Assembly: GCA_017524035.1 (NCBI GenBank)
Contig: JAFWUY010000013.1
Coordinates: 1-63,665, forward strand
From: Lachnospiraceae bacterium
GTDB lineage: Bacteria > Bacillota > Clostridia > Lachnospirales > Lachnospiraceae
Length of the DNA stretch: 63,665 bases
Direction: 5' to 3'
A program made the translations under genes and the position numbers. This document shows, piece after piece, positions 19,926 through 29,225 of the stretch (positions within the stretch are counted from its first letter, which is position 1; each line of letters opens with the position of its first letter). The notes below the pieces were generated by a model, which saw nothing but the letters and a program-made list of their open reading frames with translations, was not told the origin of the DNA and searched no databases.

Positions 19926-21152
19926 ATGAAATGTCAAAAATGCGGAGCCGAGATTCCTGAAGGATCACTGTACTGTGAAAAGTGCGGCCAGGACATTCAC
20001 ATTGTTCCGGACTTCAAGGAATTTGCCGAAAAGAAAGCTGAAGATACCGTAAAAAGCATGCTGAGCGATCTTGATGACGACGAAGCTGATTTCGGCAGAT
20101 CTCCCGAAGGGGCAAATGATGAAATTCCTTACAGGGATACGCAGGGCTCTGTTCCTGAAAAAAAGCATAGAACTGGGTGGATCAGGTTTGCCCTGATAGC
20201 GGTTCTTACTCTGATACTTGTTACCGCGGGGCTTGCATTTTTCAACAGATCTTCGGGAACGGATTATCTGTTTGAGCAGGCCAAGGAGGCTGCGGAACAC
20301 GGGGATATTGCCAGAGCCGTTGCAATTCTTGAAGATGTTACTGCGGAAGACAGCAGTGATGTTGATGTGCTTTTGTATCTTGCTCTTTTGTATAAGGACC
20401 AGGGTGACACGATAAAGTACGAAAACCTGCTTTTGCAGATAGCTGGTCTTCCTTTCGCAACATCGGAGCAGAATGCCGCAGCATATGAAGGACTTCTTGC
20501 CATATATTTCGAGAGCGAAGATTACGTCTCGATGGCGGACCTTCTTCAGACCTGCAATAACCTGGAGATCCGTGAAAAGTATATCGACTATTGTCTGATG
20601 ATACCGGAGTTCAATCTTGACAGCGGTTATTACGGAACCGACCAGCTTCTTAAGATAACCGTTCCGGGAAATGCCAGAATCTTCTATACGCTCGATGAGA
20701 CAGATCCTAACGAGGAATCGTTTGAATATATAGTTCCGCTTCTTCTTACGAAGGGCGAATATCATATCAAGGTTTGCACCGTAAACGCCCACGGAGTATG
20801 GAGTCCGATCTCCGAAGTCAACTACGTGATCGAAAGCGAAGAACTTTACGAAGTAATAGAACCTTCCGCGGACGAAAAGCCTGTCGAACACGATATAGTG
20901 GACCTTCTGAACGGGATCTACCTTGTCGACGGAACGCCCTGTGTGCTGGATCCCGATACCGGACTGCTCGTGGTATGCGGAATGAGCGTTGACGGCGTGG
21001 CATATATTTTCAATGAGGAAGGCCAGCCGGTAGTTCTGGAGATACCCGAGGATGCGATCTACGTGCACACCGTTGAAGAGACCGGTTCGGGCGAAGGAGA
21101 TGTATCCGCCAACGAAAACACAGACAATACCGATCCGGGTATTGATGAATAA
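19926..21152 (+). CDS. Zinc-ribbon, single-TM protein with TPR-like region and Fn3-associated (chitobiase C-terminal-like) domain
   Basis: CQKCG..CEKCG; TM around aa 86-106; helical repeats; PEFNLDSGYY...IFYTLDETDP Fn3-associated signature. Confidence 0.75.
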   Translation: MKCQKCGAEIPEGSLYCEKCGQDIHIVPDFKEFAEKKAEDTVKSMLSDLDDDEADFGRSPEGANDEIPYRDTQGSVPEKKHRTGWIRFALIAVLTLILVTAGLAFFNRSSGTDYLFEQAKEAAEHGDIARAVAILEDVTAEDSSDVDVLLYLALLYKDQGDTIKYENLLLQIAGLPFATSEQNAAAYEGLLAIYFESEDYVSMADLLQTCNNLEIREKYIDYCLMIPEFNLDSGYYGTDQLLKITVPGNARIFYTLDETDPNEESFEYIVPLLLTKGEYHIKVCTVNAHGVWSPISEVNYVIESEELYEVIEPSADEKPVEHDIVDLLNGIYLVDGTPCVLDPDTGLLVVCGMSVDGVAYIFNEEGQPVVLEIPEDAIYVHTVEETGSGEGDVSANENTDNTDPGIDE

Positions 21153-21177
21153 ATCACAAAGTGGAAAGGGAATCAAA

Positions 21178-22053
21178 ATGTACAAGATCTTAAGTAAATC
21201 CTACCTTACTGACAACATCATCAGAATGGAAGTCGAAGCAAAGAGAACTGCAGACAGATGTCTTCCCGGACAGTTTGTCATTGTCAGGGGTTCCGAAGAC
21301 GGCGAGAGGATCCCTCTTACCATATGCGATTATGACAGGGAAAAGGGAACCATCGTTCTCGTTTTCCAGACTATCGGAGCTTCGACAACCCGTATGGCGG
21401 ATCTTAATGAAGGCGATTCCTTCCACGATATCGTCGGACCTCTCGGATGCCCATCCGAACTCTGCGAGATGTCTCCCGAGGAACTGAAGAAAGAAAAGAT
21501 CATTTTTATTGCCGGCGGTGTTGGTACCGCTCCCGTTTATCCCCAGCTCAAGTGGCTTAAAGAGCAGGGCGTTCCAGCAGATGTAATCATCGGTGCCAGA
21601 AACAAGGATCTTGTCATCCTCGAAGATGATTTCAAGTCCGTTGCGGAGAATGTTTACATCACTACCGATGACGGTTCATACGGAAGAAGCGGTAATGTAT
21701 GCGTATGTCTCCAGGCTCTTATCGATGAGGGCAAGAAGTATGACAGATGTGTAGCCATCGGTCCCCTTATCATGATGAAGTTTGCCGTTCAGCTTACCAA
21801 GCAGCTTAATATCCCCACTATCGTTTCCATGAACCCCATAATGGTCGACGGAACCGGAATGTGCGGAGCATGCCGTGTGCATGTCGGAGATGAGATAAAG
21901 TTTGCCTGCATTGACGGTCCCGAATTTGACGGATGGCTTGTTGATTTCGATGAGTCCATGAGACGCCAGGCAATGTATAAGACCGAAGAAGGAAGAAAGC
22001 TTCTTGAACTTCAGGAAGGTGCAACTCATCACGGCGGATGCGGCAACTGCTGA
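21178..22053 (+). CDS. nfnA: Electron-bifurcating transhydrogenase subunit NfnA (PyrK/SudB-like FAD/2Fe-2S protein)
   Basis: PGQFVIVR, GERIPLT, IAGGVGTAP, MVDGTGMCGACRV, ACIDGPEF. Confidence 0.88.
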   Translation: MYKILSKSYLTDNIIRMEVEAKRTADRCLPGQFVIVRGSEDGERIPLTICDYDREKGTIVLVFQTIGASTTRMADLNEGDSFHDIVGPLGCPSELCEMSPEELKKEKIIFIAGGVGTAPVYPQLKWLKEQGVPADVIIGARNKDLVILEDDFKSVAENVYITTDDGSYGRSGNVCVCLQALIDEGKKYDRCVAIGPLIMMKFAVQLTKQLNIPTIVSMNPIMVDGTGMCGACRVHVGDEIKFACIDGPEFDGWLVDFDESMRRQAMYKTEEGRKLLELQEGATHHGGCGNC

Positions 22054-22099
22054 TCCGGTCAATCAACTTTAAACATTATTCTTTAAGGAGATCATATAA

Positions 22100-23488
22100 A
22101 TGGAAGTCGATGTAATGAAGAAAGTACCCGTCAGGGAACAGGAAGCCAAAGTAAGAGCAACAAACTTCGAAGAGGTATGCTACGGTTACAGCCTTGAGGA
22201 AGCACAGGCTGAAGCAAGCAGATGCCTTAACTGCAAGAACGCCCAGTGTATGAAGGGATGTCCCGTTTCCATAGATATACCCGGATTCATCCAGCAGATC
22301 AAGGAAGGAAATATTGAGGAAGCATACAATATTATTTCCAGGTCATCGGCACTTCCCGCTGTATGCGGAAGAGTATGTCCCCAGGAGACTCAGTGCGAAG
22401 GAAAGTGCATCAGAGGCATCAAGGGCGAAGCCGTATCGATCGGAAAGCTCGAGAGATTTGTTGCGGATTACGCAATGGAGCACGGCCTTAAGCCCAAGAT
22501 GACAGCAGCTTCCAACGGAATAAAGGTTGCCGTTATCGGTTCCGGCCCCAGCGGACTTACCTGTGCGGGAGATCTCGCAAAGCTCGGATATGATGTTACC
22601 ATTTTCGAAGCACTTCACCAGGCAGGCGGAGTTCTCGTATACGGTATTCCCGAATTCAGACTTCCCAAGGAGAGAGTCGTTGCCAGGGAGATCGAGAATG
22701 TCAAGGCTCTCGGTGTCAAGATCGAGACCAACGTTGTCGTAGGACGCAGCGTTACCGTTGACGAGCTCATGGAAAAAGAAGGCTTCAGGGCAGTATTCAT
22801 CGGTTCCGGTGCAGGACTTCCCAGATTCATGAACATTCCCGGAGAGACTCTCAACGGAGTATTTTCCGCAAACGAGTATCTTACCAGAAGCAATCTCATG
22901 AAATCCTTCCGTGAGGAGTCACCCACTCCCATTATGAAGAGTAAGAAGGTTGCCGTAGTCGGCGGCGGAAATGTTGCAATGGATGCGGCAAGAACCGCAC
23001 TCAGGCTCGGAGCTGAAGTGCATATCGTATACAGAAGAGGTGAAGAAGAGCTTCCCGCAAGAGTAGAGGAAGTTCATCACGCCAAGGAAGAAGGAATCAT
23101 TTTTGATCTTCTCACCAATCCCACCGAGATCCTCGGTGACGAAAAGGGATGGGTAAAGGGAATCAGATGCGTACGCATGGAACTCGGCGAGCCCGATGAG
23201 TCCGGCAGAAGAAGCCCTCAGCCCGTTGCGGGTTCGGAGTTCGATATCGATGTCGATACCGTTATCATGAGCCTCGGAACAAGCCCCAATCCTCTTATAT
23301 CAATGACTACAAAGGGACTTGATATCAATAAGAGAAAATGCATCGTTGCCGAAGAGACCACCGGAAAGACTAGCAGAGAAGGCGTGTATGCCGGCGGTGA
23401 TGCCGTTACGGGAGCAGCTACGGTTATTCTTGCAATGGGGGCAGGAAAAGAAGCAGCCAAGGCTATTGACGAATATATTAAGGGATGA
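22100..23488 (+). CDS. nfnB: NfnB / homotetrameric glutamate-synthase-like Fe-S flavoprotein
   Basis: RCLNCKNAQCMKGCP, CGRVCPQETQCE, GSGPSG, GGGNVAMD; paired with nfnA, and no GltB large subunit is adjacent. Confidence 0.85.
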   Translation: MEVDVMKKVPVREQEAKVRATNFEEVCYGYSLEEAQAEASRCLNCKNAQCMKGCPVSIDIPGFIQQIKEGNIEEAYNIISRSSALPAVCGRVCPQETQCEGKCIRGIKGEAVSIGKLERFVADYAMEHGLKPKMTAASNGIKVAVIGSGPSGLTCAGDLAKLGYDVTIFEALHQAGGVLVYGIPEFRLPKERVVAREIENVKALGVKIETNVVVGRSVTVDELMEKEGFRAVFIGSGAGLPRFMNIPGETLNGVFSANEYLTRSNLMKSFREESPTPIMKSKKVAVVGGGNVAMDAARTALRLGAEVHIVYRRGEEELPARVEEVHHAKEEGIIFDLLTNPTEILGDEKGWVKGIRCVRMELGEPDESGRRSPQPVAGSEFDIDVDTVIMSLGTSPNPLISMTTKGLDINKRKCIVAEETTGKTSREGVYAGGDAVTGAATVILAMGAGKEAAKAIDEYIKG

Positions 23489-23562
23489 TCCCTGCTGACC
23501 GGATAATTTTCCTGGGGGGAAGATCGTACGGTAACCAGTAAACCTGAATCGGGGATGAAAAT

Positions 23563-24138
23563 ATGTCAGGTGATGAAAGAGAGTTAAACGTTAATTACGG
23601 GTTCAGCGAAGAATCGGGTAATCCGGACGCCGAACCCGAAGAAGCATCATTTGTTTCCAAAGCTCCTTATATCAGGAACAACGAAAAGGCTACGGATTAC
23701 AGATCCACAGGCTATCTGCTCACATTCTTCGGGGGTGCCGGCATCATCTTCGTTATCCTTACACTTTTTGATGTGATCCCGCTGTTTTTCGGAAATCCTT
23801 ACATGAGTTACGGGATTCTTTTTGCGACCTTTGTACTTTTCCTTGTAATGGGCTTAAGCTCGATCAGGGGTGCAACCGTTTTTGAAAAGAAGGCTAAGTC
23901 CGATCACACTCTTGAAGACAGGATCGTAAAGTATGTATCCGACGAACTGACTGCTGCAGATGTTGATGAAAAGGCCGGTATCGCCGAGGGCGATACTCCC
24001 GAGATCATGTTTTTCAAAAGAAACGACTGTCTGAAGAATCTGATCACCAAAAAGTTTGTGAACATCGATCCCGATTTTCTTGAAAATCTCATCGATGAGA
24101 AGCTTTATGACAGTCTTTATGAAGAGAGTGACGAATGA
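23563..24138 (+). CDS. Hypothetical membrane protein (2 TM)
   Basis: Two hydrophobic helices; its stop overlaps the rlmH start (ATGA). Confidence 0.75.
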   Translation: MSGDERELNVNYGFSEESGNPDAEPEEASFVSKAPYIRNNEKATDYRSTGYLLTFFGGAGIIFVILTLFDVIPLFFGNPYMSYGILFATFVLFLVMGLSSIRGATVFEKKAKSDHTLEDRIVKYVSDELTAADVDEKAGIAEGDTPEIMFFKRNDCLKNLITKKFVNIDPDFLENLIDEKLYDSLYEESDE

Positions 24139-24611
24139 ACATTACTCTTATCTGTGTCGGAAAGATCAAGGAAGCCTTTTACCGGGATGCGGTAGCCGAG
24201 TATGCCAAGAGACTTTCCGCATATTGTTCCTTTAAGGTAACAGAAGTTGATGACGAACCCGATGCAGGTAATTTCGCATCGGCTTCAGCCAGGGTCAGGG
24301 ATATCGAAGGAGAACGCATCCTTAAGAATATCGATCCCGGAATGTATGTGATCACACTTGAGATCAAAGGAAAAAAAGCAGATTCCGAGAAGTTTTCACA
24401 GATGCTTTCGGATCTGTTTGTTTCCGGAAAGAGTGATATCACATTTATCATCGGAGGATCGCTCGGACTTTCGGAAAAAGTATCATCCAGAGCAGACCTT
24501 AAACTGAGTTTTTCGGATATGACTTTTCCTCACCAGCTGATGAGAGTCATTCTGTCCGAGCAGATATACAGAGCGTTCAGGATAATGCGCGGAGAACCAT
24601 ATCATAAATGA
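24135..24611 (+). CDS. rlmH: 23S rRNA (pseudouridine1915-N3)-methyltransferase
   Basis: ICVGKIKE, FIIGGSLG, MTFPHQLMRVILSEQIYRA, EPYHK. Confidence 0.96.
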   Translation: MNITLICVGKIKEAFYRDAVAEYAKRLSAYCSFKVTEVDDEPDAGNFASASARVRDIEGERILKNIDPGMYVITLEIKGKKADSEKFSQMLSDLFVSGKSDITFIIGGSLGLSEKVSSRADLKLSFSDMTFPHQLMRVILSEQIYRAFRIMRGEPYHK

Positions 24612-25237
24612 GAAAAAAACAGCTTGCCGAAGAAGTTATCCGAAGGCTTAAAGATGAATATCCGGATTCCGTCTGCACTCTTGATTCGCGTTCCGCATGG
24701 CAGCTGCTTGTCAGTGTAAGACTTGCCGCACAATGCACGGACAAGAGAGTGAACGAAACTGTCCCCGCGCTGTTTGCAAGATATGATACTCCCGAAAAGC
24801 TCGCAAAAGCCAAGATCGCCGATATCGAAAAATACATCAAACCCTGCGGACTTTTCAAGATCAAGGCAAGGGATATCAAAGCCTGTATGACCGAACTCGT
24901 CGAACGCTTTGACGGAATTGTTCCGGATACCATGGAAGAACTGTTATCGCTTCCCGGAGTCGGAAGAAAGAGTGCCAATCTTATTCTCGGTGATGTATTC
25001 GGACAGGAAAGCTATGTATGCGATACACATTGCATCAGGCTGTCCGGAAGGATCGGGCTCAGCGACGGAAGCAGGGATCCGTACAAGGTTGAGATGCAGC
25101 TGAGGAAGATCGTGCCTCCGGAAGAATCCGGAGCGCTATGCCACAGACTCGTAGATCACGGCCGTGCCGTATGTAAAGCACAAAACCCTCAGTGCGAAAC
25201 ATGCTGTCTGTCGCAGATCTGCAGAAAGAAAATATAA
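24608..25237 (+). CDS. nth: Endonuclease III
   Basis: LAAQCTDKRVN, HhH motif LPGVGRKSAN, DTH, C-terminal 4Fe-4S cysteine motif. Confidence 0.95.
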   Translation: MRKKQLAEEVIRRLKDEYPDSVCTLDSRSAWQLLVSVRLAAQCTDKRVNETVPALFARYDTPEKLAKAKIADIEKYIKPCGLFKIKARDIKACMTELVERFDGIVPDTMEELLSLPGVGRKSANLILGDVFGQESYVCDTHCIRLSGRIGLSDGSRDPYKVEMQLRKIVPPEESGALCHRLVDHGRAVCKAQNPQCETCCLSQICRKKI

Positions 25238-25265
25238 TTTTGTTATCTGAAAGGAGATTTCAGTT

Positions 25266-26570
25266 ATGAGAATGGTTGATATCATTGCCTCAAAGAGAAA
25301 CGGTAACGAACTTACCGACGAAGAGATCTCTTTTTTCGTGAACGGATATACAAAGGGTGAGATACCCGATTACCAGGTTTCCGCACTTATGATGGCTATC
25401 TATTTCAGGGGTATGAACGAAAGGGAAACCCTTACCCTTACCAATGTAATGGCGGATTCCGGAGATAAGCTCGATCTTTCTGCGATAAAAGGCATTAAGG
25501 TTGATAAGCATTCAACGGGCGGCGTGGGAGATAAGACTTCGATCGCGCTTACTCCGATTGTTGCCGCATGCGGTGTTCCCATCGCAAAGATGAGCGGAAG
25601 AGGCCTGGGACATACCGGTGGAACGATAGATAAGCTCGAAAGCTTTAACGGTTTTAATGTGTCGATACCCACGGAGACGTTCATTAAGAATGTAAACGAT
25701 ATCGGAATATCCCTGATGGGACAGACCGCAGATCTTGCACCCGCTGACAAGAAACTCTATGCACTCAGGGATGTTACCGCAACCGTCGAGAATATGTCCC
25801 TTATAGCAAGCTCGATCATGAGCAAGAAGCTTGCGGCAGGAGCTGATGCGATAGTTCTTGACGTCAAGACGGGAAGCGGAGCTTTCATGAAGACGCTTGA
25901 AGATTCAAAAGCTCTCGCTGAGGAAATGGTAACAATAGGCAAGGGAGCCGGACGAAAGATGGTCGCGGTCATAAGTGATATGGACCAGCCCCTCGGAAGA
26001 AAGGTCGGAAATGCCCTTGAGGTTATTGAGGCTATCGATACCCTGAGGGGAAAAGGACCGGAGGATTTCACGCTTCTTGTCAGGACACTTGCCACATATA
26101 TGATAATGCTCGGTGGTAAGGCGTCATCAGAAGATGAAGCTCTCAGGATGATAGATGATGCGATCGAAAGCGGAAAGGCACTGGATAAGCTTGCCGAGTT
26201 TGTAAAGGCACAGGGCGGTGATCCTTCCCAGGTTTATGATACATCTCTTCTTAAGATTGCCGATAAAAAGAAGGTCATCACAGCTGAAAAGAGCGGATAT
26301 ATATCACGCATCGTATGCGACAGTGTCGGAGTTAGCTGTATGATGCTCGGAGGCGGAAGAGCATCCAAGGAGGATGTTATCGACCTGAGCGTCGGAATAG
26401 AGCTTCTTAAGAAGGTCGGATCGAAAGTAAATGCAGGTGATGAACTTGCGTATGTATATTATAACGACGAGAAGAATCTTGATGCCGCACTTGAAAAGCT
26501 GAAGGGTTCATACGAATATTCGGAAATTGCTCCGGAACCTCAGAAGCTGATCAAAGAAGTTATCAAATAA
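25266..26570 (+). CDS. pdp: Pyrimidine-nucleoside phosphorylase
   Basis: DKHSTGGVGDK, SGRGLGHTGGT, ASSIMSKKLA. Confidence 0.95.
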   Translation: MRMVDIIASKRNGNELTDEEISFFVNGYTKGEIPDYQVSALMMAIYFRGMNERETLTLTNVMADSGDKLDLSAIKGIKVDKHSTGGVGDKTSIALTPIVAACGVPIAKMSGRGLGHTGGTIDKLESFNGFNVSIPTETFIKNVNDIGISLMGQTADLAPADKKLYALRDVTATVENMSLIASSIMSKKLAAGADAIVLDVKTGSGAFMKTLEDSKALAEEMVTIGKGAGRKMVAVISDMDQPLGRKVGNALEVIEAIDTLRGKGPEDFTLLVRTLATYMIMLGGKASSEDEALRMIDDAIESGKALDKLAEFVKAQGGDPSQVYDTSLLKIADKKKVITAEKSGYISRIVCDSVGVSCMMLGGGRASKEDVIDLSVGIELLKKVGSKVNAGDELAYVYYNDEKNLDAALEKLKGSYEYSEIAPEPQKLIKEVIK

Positions 26571-26580
26571 AGGAATCTGG

Positions 26581-27567
26581 ATGGAAGAGATATCTCTTAA
26601 AGCGGAACTGACCGATGAGGAAATGCGCAGCATATTCGGAATGAGGGACGCCTATATCAAGAAGGTTGAATCCTCGATGGATGTAAGGGTTGTTTCCAGA
26701 AACGGTTATCTGTATGTATACGGAAGTGAGGACAATGCCAGAAAGGCAATGTCTGTGATAATGGATCTGAAGGATTATTCGGGAAAAGTGGAAAACCTGG
26801 AAGAACAGAGTGTTGATTATGCAATTGAAGAAGCGACTGACAACAACGGCGGGGTCTTAAGTGAGACTCTTTCCGACTGTATCTGCCACACAGCTGCGGG
26901 CAAACCTGTTTTTCCCAAGACACTCGGACAGAAAACATATGTCGGATCCATAAAGGACAAGATGATAACCTTCGGTATCGGACCTGCCGGAACCGGCAAG
27001 ACTTATCTTGCCATGGCAATGGCGATAACGGCATTTAAGAATGAAGAGGTCGGAAGAATCATCCTTACAAGACCTGCCATCGAAGCCGGTGAAAAACTCG
27101 GATTTCTTCCGGGTGATCTTCAGAGCAAGGTCGATCCGTATTTAAGACCTCTCTATGATGCACTGTTCCAGATAATGGGTCCTGAGAAATTCAGCGCTAA
27201 CATGGAGAAGGGACTTATCGAAGTTGCACCTCTCGCTTATATGAGAGGCAGGACTCTCGACAATGCGTTCATCATACTTGACGAAGCACAGAATACCACT
27301 CCTGCTCAGATGAAGATGTTCCTTACGAGGATCGGATTCGGCTCCAAGGTTGTTGTTACGGGTGATGCGACCCAGAAGGATCTTGCTCCCGGAACAGTCA
27401 GCGGTCTCGATGTGGCCACAAAAGTTCTCGGCGGAATGGACGAGATAGCATTCTGTTATCTGACCAGTAAAGACGTTGTAAGACATCCGCTTGTTCAGAA
27501 GATTGTTAAGCGTTACGAAGATTATGAGAACAGAAGAAAGAGTAACGACAAAAAGCACAGGTCTTAA
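26581..27567 (+). CDS. phoH: PhoH family protein
   Basis: GPAGTGKT, LGFLPGDL, LAYMRGRTL, DEAQN, DVVRHPLV. Confidence 0.95.
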   Translation: MEEISLKAELTDEEMRSIFGMRDAYIKKVESSMDVRVVSRNGYLYVYGSEDNARKAMSVIMDLKDYSGKVENLEEQSVDYAIEEATDNNGGVLSETLSDCICHTAAGKPVFPKTLGQKTYVGSIKDKMITFGIGPAGTGKTYLAMAMAITAFKNEEVGRIILTRPAIEAGEKLGFLPGDLQSKVDPYLRPLYDALFQIMGPEKFSANMEKGLIEVAPLAYMRGRTLDNAFIILDEAQNTTPAQMKMFLTRIGFGSKVVVTGDATQKDLAPGTVSGLDVATKVLGGMDEIAFCYLTSKDVVRHPLVQKIVKRYEDYENRRKSNDKKHRS

Positions 27568-28735
27568 AGCGTTCGGTTTTGTATTTACGCCCCTGTATGC
27601 TCTGCTCCTTACCGGAAGCGGCTTCTTTTTCGGGAAGGATACGGCTGAGCTTATTCAGCTGGCTGTTTTTTCCTGTATTATCGGCGGAACGGTGTCACTC
27701 AGCATAAGAAAGTTCTATCCGGTATCTGTGACTGACCCCGATATTTCGAAAGCCTCGGAAAAGAGATTTCTTGTGGTTTTGTTCATATGCATGCTCCTTT
27801 CCGTCCTTTTTTCCACATTTCCCAATACCGTCTGGGTTTTTGTTCCCGTCTTTGTCGTGCTCTCGCTTTTTTCAACACCGGCGCTGGGCATCATAATCGC
27901 AGCACTTCTGCTTGCGGGCACGATACTCGTTTCGGGATGCGGTGTCATTGTATTTTTCGTATATCTGGTAAGCGGAGTCTTTTCTGTCATCATCTTTCTT
28001 CCGCTCGGAACGGAGGTGCGGTTTGCACTTCCCGCTTTTCTTTCATCTCTCAGTCTTCTTGTCTGTGAGATGTGCGGTATTATTCTTACGATCAATTCAA
28101 GACCCGAGCTGCAGCTTTTCTATCTGCCGCTTGTCAACTGCCTTATAGGTCTGATCGTTATATATTCCGCATTCAGGGGGTATTCATCGCTCATAATGTA
28201 CAGGTATTTAGATCTGTATCAGACTCTGTGCGATACCGAAAGCGATATGCTTCTTTCGCTCAAATCCGATGATCCGAAAAAATACATGGTCAGCCTTCAT
28301 ACCGCATATTTTTGTGACCGTATAGCAACGGCGCTCGGACTTGATACCGACATCGTTAAATGTGCGGGATATTACCACGAGCTGACACCTACGGAAAAGA
28401 ATGCTAGAGAAGATTTCTATCTCGATATGCATTTTACCAATGCTCTTAAGTTTATTCTCGATGAATACACATCGTATATAAAGAATCCCGGCATTTCTCT
28501 TTCATCGAAGGAGGCTGCCGTTCTCGTATGTTCCAAGACTGTGGTCATGGCTGTCATGGCTGTGTTCGAAAAGGACAGCAACGCCGATATCGATACATCC
28601 AGACTGACCGATGCTGTATTTGACCGTTTTATAAAAAAAGGAACATTCGATAAATGTGATATCACATTCTCCGACATTACGGAGATGAAGAAGATATTCA
28701 AAGAGGAGAAGCTCTATTATGACTTTCTTCGTTGA
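27524..28735 (+). CDS. 7TM membrane protein with degenerate HD domain (PgpH-like)
   Basis: Many TM helices followed by SLHTAYFCDRIATALGLD..KCAGYYHE; located in the canonical phoH-HD-ybeY slot. Start codon uncertain. Confidence 0.65.
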   Translation: MRTEERVTTKSTGLKAFGFVFTPLYALLLTGSGFFFGKDTAELIQLAVFSCIIGGTVSLSIRKFYPVSVTDPDISKASEKRFLVVLFICMLLSVLFSTFPNTVWVFVPVFVVLSLFSTPALGIIIAALLLAGTILVSGCGVIVFFVYLVSGVFSVIIFLPLGTEVRFALPAFLSSLSLLVCEMCGIILTINSRPELQLFYLPLVNCLIGLIVIYSAFRGYSSLIMYRYLDLYQTLCDTESDMLLSLKSDDPKKYMVSLHTAYFCDRIATALGLDTDIVKCAGYYHELTPTEKNAREDFYLDMHFTNALKFILDEYTSYIKNPGISLSSKEAAVLVCSKTVVMAVMAVFEKDSNADIDTSRLTDAVFDRFIKKGTFDKCDITFSDITEMKKIFKEEKLYYDFLR

Positions 28736-29225
28736 AAATGAAACCGAAGCCGATTTCGGTTTCGACGCATCCGAGCTTATAAGGACAGTTTGTGAACGCA
28801 CCTTTTTATCTGAAGGCGCTCCCACGGAAAGCTCCTGTGTAAATATCATGATAACGGATTCGGAAGGGATCAGGGAATTAAATGCTGCCTACCGGGGTAT
28901 AGATTCCCCCACAGATGTTCTTTCTTTTCCCGGACTTGATTTTGATAAGCCGTCAGATTTCGATATATCCGATGAAAGAAAAGCAGACTGCATAGATCCC
29001 GAAAGCGGTGAGCTTATTCTCGGTGATATCGTTCTCAACGCCGACCGGATTTTCTCCCAGGCTAAGGAGTACGGTCACAGCGTCAGAAGAGAGATGGCTT
29101 TTCTTGTCGCTCACAGCTGTCTTCATCTGTGTGGCTACGATCATATGACCAAAGAGGAAGAGAAGGTCATGTTTTCGAAGCAGGAAGCCGTACTTGAATC
29201 ACTTGGCATTACGAGAGGTGACTGA
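28719..29225 (+). CDS. ybeY: rRNA maturation RNase YbeY
   Basis: PTDVLSFP, LGDIV, HSCLHLCGYDH. Confidence 0.96.
   Translation: MTFFVENETEADFGFDASELIRTVCERTFLSEGAPTESSCVNIMITDSEGIRELNAAYRGIDSPTDVLSFPGLDFDKPSDFDISDERKADCIDPESGELILGDIVLNADRIFSQAKEYGHSVRREMAFLVAHSCLHLCGYDHMTKEEEKVMFSKQEAVLESLGITRGD

Noticed and set aside
19965-21185. 406-aa antisense ORF
   Set aside because: It lies almost entirely opposite a well-formed + strand gene and has no recognisable domain; it is a shadow ORF of the kind seen throughout the window.
22100-23488. Annotation as a true glutamate synthase small subunit (gltD)
   Set aside because: No gltB is adjacent, and pairing with a PyrK-like gene fits NfnAB better.
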